From: an uncultured Candidatus Saccharibacteria bacterium
GTDB taxonomy: Bacteria > Patescibacteriota > Minisyncoccia > Phycocordibacterales > UBA9973
Length of the DNA stretch: 64,000 nt
Assembly: GCA_964384645.1 (NCBI GenBank)
Contig: CAYLKL010000003.1
Location: 9,101 to 73,100, forward strand
Direction: 5' to 3'
Shown: positions 37,586 through 46,400 of the stretch, piece after piece
Numbering within the stretch: the first letter of the stretch is position 1
Layout of the letters: each line of letters begins with the position of its first letter
Translations under genes and position numbers: made by a program
Notes under the pieces: model-generated
Database searches by the model: none
Told to the model about the DNA's origin: nothing
Seen by the model: only the letters and a program-made list of their open reading frames with translations

Positions 37586-39049
37586 CTATTTTGTCAAGTA
37601 AAAAACCCTTGTTTTATAAGCCCAAACAGCAATAATTCCATACAAGACTAACATTATAAATAGCCCGAAATCCTTGAAAACAAAGGCCGAAATTGATAAT
37701 CCCGAAATAAATTTAGAAATGCTTATAACTACCCTTAACCCAAAATCCACACCTATTACAAAAGGAAAGGCTAAAACCGGACTAACTACCCCCACTATTC
37801 CCCCAATAAAACCTAGTAGCATGATTACCGGAATTAGAGGCAAAACAACAATATTTGTAGGCACAGATAAAACAGAAAGGAGTCTAGTTTGGTAAAGAAT
37901 AATTGGCAAAACTGCAACTTGAGCAGCCAAAGATGTTGCAATTATTTCTTTCAAAAAATATGGCAATTTTGTGTACAAACTTTGTTGTATTTTTTTAGTA
38001 AATAAAATTATTCCTAATGTTGCCAAAACTGAAAGCTGAAATGAAAAATCAAAATAAATAAGCCGAGGATTTATTATGTTCATAACAAGTACAGCAATAA
38101 ATAAAGCCCGAAGAGACATATACATATTTCCAGAACGTAAAGCGATGAGAGATATTATGGCCATAATTCCCGCCCTAACTGCAGTGATAGGAACACCTGT
38201 CATTAGAATAAAAAGAATTATTGATACAACTGAAAAAACAGAACTAGTTTTAGCTCCTATATTTAAAAACAATGCTTTTACCCAAGAAGCAATAACTGTA
38301 ATATTATAACCAGACAAAGCAATAATATGAGTCAGACCTGCAATACGAAATGAGTCAGCCAAATCGCTACTTAAAATATTTTTACCAAACAAAATACCAG
38401 CAAATAAATTTTCAATATCTCCCCGCAATCTATCTGCAAAAGGTTCAATGAAATTATCCCTCAAAAGAAAAAGTTTTCTTCTAAAATTATTCTTATTACT
38501 CTCTACTTTTTCAATTTTTGTATCATAACTTAAATAAAAAATGTTTTTAGTCTTCAAAAATTCATCGTATTCAAATTCTGTATTTGTATCAGTTTTAAAA
38601 GGTTTTGGTTTCTCAAAATTACCCACCACAGAAAGAATGTCTCCGTGCAAAAAGTTTTCTCCTATATCCTTACTGTATAACAAAACATTTTCTTTAGTTT
38701 TTTGCCCATTTATTACTGGCTTACACTGAAATTTAAATTGATTATTCTTGTACTCAACATCACCTGATACTTGGCAACTTAGATATAATGGCGCTTTTCC
38801 TTCAATTTTAAGAGCAGAAACTCTATTGGAATTATCCAATTTGAAATAACCAAAGCCAAACAAAAATGAAAATAAAAATACAGCGATCAATCCAATTTCT
38901 GCTGATTTTCTTATTACTGCTAAAAATAAAATAGCAAAATTAATTGCTATTAAAATATAAATTTCTATATTTAAAATTGGTGAAAAAAACAGGCCAAATA
39001 AAAATCCAAAACCTAATATTAAAGATATTTTATTTAAATTTGCGCCCAT
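37586..39049 (-). CDS. comEC: Competence protein ComEC/Rec2 membrane channel domain, without the C-terminal MBL domain
   Basis: Polytopic. GLTHIIALSGYNITVIASW matches the ComEC competence-domain signature. 487 aa. Confidence 0.75.
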   Translation of the reverse strand: MGANLNKISLILGFGFLFGLFFSPILNIEIYILIAINFAILFLAVIRKSAEIGLIAVFLFSFLFGFGYFKLDNSNRVSALKIEGKAPLYLSCQVSGDVEYKNNQFKFQCKPVINGQKTKENVLLYSKDIGENFLHGDILSVVGNFEKPKPFKTDTNTEFEYDEFLKTKNIFYLSYDTKIEKVESNKNNFRRKLFLLRDNFIEPFADRLRGDIENLFAGILFGKNILSSDLADSFRIAGLTHIIALSGYNITVIASWVKALFLNIGAKTSSVFSVVSIILFILMTGVPITAVRAGIMAIISLIALRSGNMYMSLRALFIAVLVMNIINPRLIYFDFSFQLSVLATLGIILFTKKIQQSLYTKLPYFLKEIIATSLAAQVAVLPIILYQTRLLSVLSVPTNIVVLPLIPVIMLLGFIGGIVGVVSPVLAFPFVIGVDFGLRVVISISKFISGLSISAFVFKDFGLFIMLVLYGIIAVWAYKTRVFYLTK

Positions 39050-39744
39050 TCTTTTAGTAATTCAGATTCTTCTTCTTTTGAGTGTACTTTTCTAAATTTT
39101 GCACCATTCTTCCCCTTAACATCCTGCTCACAAGATTTCCAATCTTTATACGTTTTTAAAACACCAGCAACTAAACTAACATAAGAATAAGCTGGCCTTT
39201 TGTCGTTTGATTTTTTAATAGTCACCTTAAGGTCTTTTAAAATATCTTCATGTTTACTTTTTTCTCCCACAAAAAGAGTTATGCTCTTGTTATCAGCAAA
39301 AGCTTGAGCAATAATATCCGCTCTCTCATTTAAAATAACACCGGCGTGACCAGGAACTTTTTCCAATTTCAAACCTCTACTCTTAAGTCTAAAACAAATA
39401 CCAAATAAATCTTTCCAAATATCTTGATTTAAAACTATATTCCCCTCTTTTGTTTTCCATCCAGTTTTCTCCCAAGCAAACATCCAACCAGAAATACCAT
39501 TTACTACATAGGCTGAATCAGAAAAAATAACAATTTCACCATTATTCGTTCTGCTTTCAATTAATTCCAAACTTTTCAAAACAGCCATCATTTCCATTCT
39601 GTTGTTTGTAGTTTTGTCTTCTCTGCCACCTATCTCTAAAATCTTACCTTCTGAAAATAAAATAATTGCACCATACCCTCCAGGACCAGGATTTCCTCTA
39701 GATGCTCCGTCTGTATAAACAAGTATTTTATTTTCATTATTCAT
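39034..39744 (-). CDS. rnhA: Ribonuclease HI with an ~80-aa basic C-terminal extension
   Basis: VYTDGASRGNPGPGGYG...NNRMEMMAV...FSDSAYVVNG...PGHAGVILNERADIIA catalytic D-E-D-D pattern. Overlaps the comEC start by 16 nt. Confidence 0.85.
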   Translation of the reverse strand: MNNENKILVYTDGASRGNPGPGGYGAIILFSEGKILEIGGREDKTTNNRMEMMAVLKSLELIESRTNNGEIVIFSDSAYVVNGISGWMFAWEKTGWKTKEGNIVLNQDIWKDLFGICFRLKSRGLKLEKVPGHAGVILNERADIIAQAFADNKSITLFVGEKSKHEDILKDLKVTIKKSNDKRPAYSYVSLVAGVLKTYKDWKSCEQDVKGKNGAKFRKVHSKEEESELLKEWAQI

Positions 39745-39770
39745 AACCTTATTTTATCAGCATAAACTAA

Positions 39771-39800
39771 TAAAAAAAACCTATTTTATAGGTTTTTTTT
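39771..39800 (-). terminator. Intrinsic terminator after giant surface-protein gene 1
   Basis: Stem acctat-ttt-ataggt flanked by an A-run and a T-run; AT-rich and weak. Confidence 0.5.
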
Positions 39801-39822
39801 ATTAAATAAACTTTTAAGATTA

Positions 39823-42800
39823 TTAGAAAACTGAAACTCTGGTTATCGTAATTATTGGCGTTGAGGCCACTTCTGCACCCTGAGCGTTATATCCTTTTGC
39901 TTGATATTGAATATCTTTTGTTATAAGCCCTAACGGTCTCCATGTGCAGTTAAAATTAGGTGCAGAACTTGACGTACACTCTCTTGTCAATCCATTGTTA
40001 TACCTAAAATATTTTACCTTTGTTATTGGCCCGCCAACTGAAACTTTCATAGTGTAAACTTGGCCACTTTGTACAGTAAGGCCGTTTGTTGGGAAAACCC
40101 ATGAAATATAAGTTCCAGCTAAAACAGACACATTAACAGCAGTTGATGTCGAAGTATTGCCCACGGCGTCAATAGCGATAGCAGTTATTGTATGATTGCC
40201 ACCTGATGCCCCTGTAGTATCCCACGAAACACTATAAGGTGAAGTTGTGTCTATTCCAACAGACACACCGTCTACTTTGAATTCAACAGAAGCAATGCCT
40301 GAAGCGTCGGTTGCGTTTGCAGATAAGGTTACAGTTGTTCCTACTGCCACACTTGACCCGTCTATTGGTGCACTAATTGAAACAGTTGGAGGTGTTGTTT
40401 CTGGACCACAACTCCCCAAATTCAAATTAGAATTTTCAGTAAGTATGAATTTATCAAGTTGGAAGTTAGCTGAAAGTCCTGTGAATGTGAAAGTGTGCGC
40501 AGTGTTTGGGGTAACAGAAGAGAAAACGATAGGTGTACCTGCTTGGTTTTTGTTACACCAACCAAAAGTTGTTGAGTTTGAAGAAATTGTTTGAGCTGTA
40601 CCTGAATCTACTTTTACTGTAGCAGTTGATGTTCCAGTTGCTGATTTTGCGAAATACCATAGGTAATATGTTTTTGGAATAGAACCTGTTGCGTCTCTTG
40701 GTTCAAATTTGTAAGTTGTTGATCCAGTGCTTGGGTTTATGTAAGTTGTGAAGTTTGTGTAGTCTCCCGCTGGTGTACCTGCTGGAGTTGTAGTAGTTCT
40801 TGATGCAGAACCTGTGTCATAGACTTCTGCTTCAAAACTAAAGTCCTTTGACCAGTACCATGGGTGTGATGATTCGTGCCATGCGTCTAGTTGGTAAAAT
40901 ACTGGTGATGCTCCTGTTTTATCGTAGATGTAGGTGGAGCCTTGGCGTCTTGAATTAAATTTCAAAACTTCCCCAGAAAGATTTATGTTAACTGGTGCAA
41001 TTTCTGGAACAGCACCATCCATATTAGTATATTGATTTAAGTTAGTTGCAATTAAATATTTATTTACAGAATTATCTTTTCTAACAGTAGTAAATGCATC
41101 CATTCTTCCACTCTTGAAAGCGTAACCCGGAGTAGTACTAGAAGAAGCATAATCAAGAGGTAAATCACCAGTCATAACATTACTATTTTTATAGAAAGAA
41201 TCTACATAACTAAATACAGCTTGAGAATAAGAAGGTATCATATTCTGCCAAATTTTTTGAGCAGGCCAACCATCTTCACTTGTTCCAACTCGATTAAAAT
41301 ATCCAGTATGGAAAAATTCCGATCCCATATTGTTTACGTTTTTAGAAAGACCCAACCATTGACCAGGTGAAATATTTTGCTCAGCTTTCAAATCCCAACC
41401 TGGAGACATGTAAGCTCCGAAGAATTTATCTCCTGTTGCTTGTTGTCTGCCCATTACTTTTTGGATAAAGTACATACCGTTCCAAGCAGAAATTTTACTT
41501 CTCCAGTTAGATGGCCATCTTGGATAAAAGTCAGGCGTTGCATAGTATTGGCCATTTATAGGAGATTGCATTTTTCTTGCCTCACTCCACTTAAATCTTG
41601 TAGCTTCTTCGTATCCATCTACTGCGTACTCTAAATATTTTGAACCAGCAAGTCCTGGGATAGACAAAATTATATCTCTATATGTTTGATTGGCCATATC
41701 TGAAACGGTTTTCGCAACGTAAGACTGTGCATCCATTCCAGAAGAACTTATTGCAGAACTAACTGCTGGATCAGAATTTAGAGCATTTGTTTCGTACTTA
41801 ACTAAAATTTCACCATTCTCACTTATTAGATCAATTTTTGGTGCTGGCTTTGTTAATTGATTCACAACGCTATTAACCATACTTTTCATAGCATTTCCGT
41901 CTGGTGTGTATTGTGAAAACTGAGAACTAAGAGGTCTCCAAACTTTTGAAGTTGTTACGTTTCCGTTTATATCAATAAACTGACCAGAAGAATTTTGTAA
42001 ATAATACTGGTTTCCAAATCCTTGGTACCTCAAACAAGGCATATTAGATCCACCTCCACAAGTTGAAGCACCTGAAAGCTGAGCTCTTAAAATAACCAAC
42101 TGAGTTGGTAAAGTTGGATTTGAATTTGAATAACTTATCAATCCAGGTGTCCCTGAAACACCTGTGTCCAAGTTACTACTTGTAAGACTTGGAGCTAGAT
42201 CTAAATAATAATTCCATTTCTTTGCCATTTCACCCGCGATTGAAACTCCAGCCTGAACTTGAGCAGCTGAGTGCGTGTAAGTAAAATCTGTTGGTGTAAA
42301 GTGTGCTAAATAATCTAGGTCGTTCCAGTTAAAATTTCTAAGTAATGTATGCCCTGTTTTATATCTAGGCAATGGAACACTTTGAAGTTGAGTTAACACA
42401 GTTGGTGGTGTTGTTGAATATGTTGTGTAAGGAGAAGTTCCAAGCTGTGCTCCTGGCAAATAATCCATTGTGTCAAAAGATGACGAAACAGCTTGAGCAT
42501 TTGGGGTATTTGTAATATTTGTTACCCAAGAATAAGACTGTCCGTTTGTTATTGAATCTAAATAGTGCTGATATATTAGGTTACCAGGCAAATCATTACT
42601 CCATAGTGCAAATTGATCTATTGCACCAACATATCTTCTTTCGGCGGTACTGTTACCAAAAAACTTTATGTCACCGTTTGAAGATTTTATTTTATTAGTA
42701 TTCGCAACTGTTTTTGAAAAACCAGTTGGCAAAACTCCATCAACCCAAATTTCTTTTACTCCATTTGAGTATTTAAAAACCATATGATGCCAATTACCGT

Positions 42801-43362
42801 CGTTGTAATATGCTGGAGATTTTGGCCCAACTCCATCTAAGGCAATTTGGAAATCGTCTGAAACTGAATTTGTACCAGTAGTTCCAGTTGTTGAAAATCT
42901 AATATAAGGAACAGAAGTACTTGCTACAGGACTCTCAAATAAGATAGAAAAAGAATTATCAGTAGTTGTCATAAAATTTGAAACCAATATGTCGTCAGGT
43001 TTCCAAATAAATTCAACAGCAAAAGAAGAAGAAGCTGAAGTTGGTGTTTTCCCAATTGTTTGATAACAACCAGAACTGCTTGTATAGTTCAAATACTTCC
43101 CAACTGGACCATTTGATTGTTGAACAAATGGACAACTCGTCCCATTTGTAAATGTCGAAGATCCGATGGTCGCAGAGTTCCAAGGATTTCCTTCAAATTG
43201 CCAGTACGAATAAGGCTGAATCGGAGTTGTTACAGCGTTATACGTTGCAGCCAACTGTCCCCCAAAAAATCTAGATAAATTAAATGGAGACAAAAAATCT
43301 ATAACTAATAAAATTACTAATAATAATACAACTGATAAAATTAAACTCTTTTTCTTTTTCAT
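39823..43362 (-). CDS. Giant surface protein 1 (1179 aa): signal anchor, LamG/concanavalin-A-like domain, large conserved central domain, C-terminal Ig-like domains
   Basis: N-terminal TM. DGNWHHMVF LamG-type motif. C-terminal ...VTLSANATDASGIASVEFKVDGVSVGIDTTSPYSVSWDT Ig-like repeats. Paralog of the downstream gene. Confidence 0.6.
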   Translation of the reverse strand: MKKKKSLILSVVLLLVILLVIDFLSPFNLSRFFGGQLAATYNAVTTPIQPYSYWQFEGNPWNSATIGSSTFTNGTSCPFVQQSNGPVGKYLNYTSSSGCYQTIGKTPTSASSSFAVEFIWKPDDILVSNFMTTTDNSFSILFESPVASTSVPYIRFSTTGTTGTNSVSDDFQIALDGVGPKSPAYYNDGNWHHMVFKYSNGVKEIWVDGVLPTGFSKTVANTNKIKSSNGDIKFFGNSTAERRYVGAIDQFALWSNDLPGNLIYQHYLDSITNGQSYSWVTNITNTPNAQAVSSSFDTMDYLPGAQLGTSPYTTYSTTPPTVLTQLQSVPLPRYKTGHTLLRNFNWNDLDYLAHFTPTDFTYTHSAAQVQAGVSIAGEMAKKWNYYLDLAPSLTSSNLDTGVSGTPGLISYSNSNPTLPTQLVILRAQLSGASTCGGGSNMPCLRYQGFGNQYYLQNSSGQFIDINGNVTTSKVWRPLSSQFSQYTPDGNAMKSMVNSVVNQLTKPAPKIDLISENGEILVKYETNALNSDPAVSSAISSSGMDAQSYVAKTVSDMANQTYRDIILSIPGLAGSKYLEYAVDGYEEATRFKWSEARKMQSPINGQYYATPDFYPRWPSNWRSKISAWNGMYFIQKVMGRQQATGDKFFGAYMSPGWDLKAEQNISPGQWLGLSKNVNNMGSEFFHTGYFNRVGTSEDGWPAQKIWQNMIPSYSQAVFSYVDSFYKNSNVMTGDLPLDYASSSTTPGYAFKSGRMDAFTTVRKDNSVNKYLIATNLNQYTNMDGAVPEIAPVNINLSGEVLKFNSRRQGSTYIYDKTGASPVFYQLDAWHESSHPWYWSKDFSFEAEVYDTGSASRTTTTPAGTPAGDYTNFTTYINPSTGSTTYKFEPRDATGSIPKTYYLWYFAKSATGTSTATVKVDSGTAQTISSNSTTFGWCNKNQAGTPIVFSSVTPNTAHTFTFTGLSANFQLDKFILTENSNLNLGSCGPETTPPTVSISAPIDGSSVAVGTTVTLSANATDASGIASVEFKVDGVSVGIDTTSPYSVSWDTTGASGGNHTITAIAIDAVGNTSTSTAVNVSVLAGTYISWVFPTNGLTVQSGQVYTMKVSVGGPITKVKYFRYNNGLTRECTSSSAPNFNCTWRPLGLITKDIQYQAKGYNAQGAEVASTPIITITRVSVF
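40407..40951. repeat. Copy A of an intragenic duplicated block (identical to 45627-46171)
   Basis: 40432-40951 is 100% identical to 45652-46171 at a constant offset of 5220. Near-identity extends back to ~40261 / 45481. Confidence 0.9.
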
Positions 43363-43400
43363 AACTTATATAAGTATACAACTTTTGCAACTAAAAAAAT

Positions 43401-43430
43401 AAAAAACTCTGGATATCCAGAGTTTTTTAT
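43401..43430 (-). terminator. Intrinsic terminator after giant surface-protein gene 2
   Basis: Palindrome ctctggat|atccagag followed by TTTTTTT. Confidence 0.7.
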
Positions 43431-43440
43431 TTTTTTAGTT

Positions 43441-46400
43441 TTATTTAACTTTAATATTTTTTGTTGTTGTATTTCCGGCAACATCAACCGCTTGAACATT
43501 TATTGTAGAAGTTCCAAACCCCCACAACACAGACGGAACCGTAAAGCTGCAACTGTAAGAACTTGGTGGTGTTGTTGCACTTGTAAGTGTACATTTTGGA
43601 GTAGTAGATGTTGCACCCAAGAAGAATTTAACTTGCTTTACAGAAACATTATCTGTAACTGTTGCTATAAATGTTACAGGACTTGTGTTTGATACATTTG
43701 CGTTATTAGCGGGACTTGTGATTGAAACAGTCGGAGCAGTCGTGTCTGCCACTGTTGTTGAAATAGATACTGAAACAGCTGAAGAAGTAGAAGAATTTCC
43801 AGCATTGTCAGTTGCAATTGCAGTAATTGTATGACTTCCAGAAGTAAATCCTGTAGTGTTCCAAGAAATACTATACGGTGAAGTGGTTAATGTTGATCCA
43901 TATTGATTTCCATCAATATAAATTTTGACATTTTGTATACCAGAAGCATCACTTGCGTTCGCTGTTATTGTAGTATTAGATCCACCAGTCACTACAACTC
44001 CGTTAGCTGGACTTGTAATTGAAACAGTTGGAGCGGATGTATCAGTTCCCACTGTGATAGTTTCGGAAGTTGTATTATTTGCCTCATTTACTTCAGCAAA
44101 TCTATTAATATCATCAACAACCGCCGTTATGTTATGTGAACCGCCGGTCGCGTTCCATGCTGTAAATATACCAGTATCCGCTGACTGATTTGAACAATAA
44201 GCAGAGCCTGTACCCATACCAAGATTTACAGTTTTTCCAGCTCCAATTGAAGTTGTTTGAGCGTCTGAACAACCCAAAGCTACTCCATCCATCATAAACA
44301 TAACACCAACAACCATACCTTCTGGAGTGCCAACTGTTCCCTGGTTTTTAACAGTTGCAGTAAATGAAACATTTGCACCAACACTAGGACTTACAGGTGA
44401 CCAAACAATATCAGTCACAAGAACATCTGGTTGTCCTGTTGCATTTGAAACAGTCACTGAAACATTTGCTGAAGTTGCATTGTTTCCAGCTGCATCAAAT
44501 GCTTTTGCTTTTACTGTATGTGTTCCGTTTGAAAGAGTTGAACTATCTAATGTAACAGAATATGGAGCAGATGTATCAGTGGCAAAGGGTGATGTTGATG
44601 AATCAGTAAAGAACTGAACAGTAGTAACCCCAACATTATCACTCGCATTTGCACTAACGGTAACTAAACCTGAAACAGTTGCACTAGGTGTTGGTGCGGT
44701 AACTGAAACAGTTGGTGCAGTTGTGTCTGCGGGTGGTGTTGTTACGTTGTTTACCGTAACACCAAAGGCTGTAGTTGTTGTTGAGTTTGAACCTGGAACA
44801 GTAACTTTGTCGTAAGCTTTTGCTGTAATTTGATAACTACCGTTTGCAACACCTGTTGTATTCCAAGAACAAGAAAATGTTCCTGATGTTTGCCCCGTAG
44901 CTGTTGCTGTACAAATTAGAACTGTTCCTCTGTAAAACTCTATATGATTTATTCCAGTTGTGTCTGTTGCAGAAGCTGTCATTGTAACAGTGCCAGAAAG
45001 TGTTGCTCCAGAAACTGGAGAAGTTACCGTCGTCGAAGGACCCGCAGTATCAATATTTATTGATACTTGATTTGAAGCTGATGAAAAATTACCAGAACTA
45101 TCTTTTGATTTAACAATATACGTATGACTAGCATTTGCTGACGGTGTGTCTGTATAACCAAGGTTTGTTACAGCGCTTGTATTAATAGCAGTTGTAGAAC
45201 CATCTCTATATATATAGTAACCTTCAAGACCTGAACCAGAATCAGTTGATCCACCCCAAGATAAAACCGCACTGTTTGATTGTCTTGTAACAGAAAGTGT
45301 TGTTGGTGTTGTTGGAGCAACTGTGTCAGGAAGAGAAACTGTAATACTAACTGAAGAGTTTGCAGTATTACCAACAGTGTCAGTAGCTGTCGCTGTTATT
45401 TGATGTGAGCCATTCGTAACACCCGTTAGTGACCACGAAACACTATAAGGTAAAGTTGTGTCTATTCCAACAGATACACCGTCTACTTTGAATTCAACAG
45501 AAGCAATGCCTGAAGCGTCGGTTGCGTTAGCCGACAGAGTCGCTGGTCCAGTAGAAATTGTTGCTCCAGTTGTTGGCGCAGTAACTGAAACAGTTGGTGC
45601 TATTGTGTCAGTTGGAGTAGTTCCACCACAACTCCCCAAATTCAAATTAGCATTTTCAGTAAGTATGAATTTATCAAGTTGGAAGTTAGCTGAAAGTCCT
45701 GTGAATGTGAAAGTGTGCGCAGTGTTTGGGGTAACAGAAGAGAAAACGATAGGTGTACCTGCTTGGTTTTTGTTACACCAACCAAAAGTTGTTGAGTTTG
45801 AAGAAATTGTTTGAGCTGTACCTGAATCTACTTTTACTGTAGCAGTTGATGTTCCAGTTGCTGATTTTGCGAAATACCATAGGTAATATGTTTTTGGAAT
45901 AGAACCTGTTGCGTCTCTTGGTTCAAATTTGTAAGTTGTTGATCCAGTGCTTGGGTTTATGTAAGTTGTGAAGTTTGTGTAGTCTCCCGCTGGTGTACCT
46001 GCTGGAGTTGTAGTAGTTCTTGATGCAGAACCTGTGTCATAGACTTCTGCTTCAAAACTAAAGTCCTTTGACCAGTACCATGGGTGTGATGATTCGTGCC
46101 ATGCGTCTAGTTGGTAAAATACTGGTGATGCTCCTGTTTTATCGTAGATGTAGGTGGAGCCTTGGCGTCTTACTTTGAATTTCAAATTTTCTGTTGGTGT
46201 AACTGTTGTTGCAGGATATGTATCACCACCAAAAGATATGTCAGCTAGTGATTCTTCTGCGGCATTACCTTGATAATTTGACCAAGGGTTTTCCATACCT
46301 GTTATGACAAATCTATTAGCACTGTTTTGCTTTCTGGCAACAACAAGTTGGCCAGGATTTCCAGTATAAAATCTAAATCCAGGATTTGAGTCTGGCGGGT

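Noticed and set aside
40247-40594. Near-identical plus-strand ORFs 40247..40594 and 45458..45814
   Set aside because: They lie antisense within the duplicated block of the two giant surface-protein genes. Their identity simply reflects the nucleotide duplication. There is no independent coding evidence.
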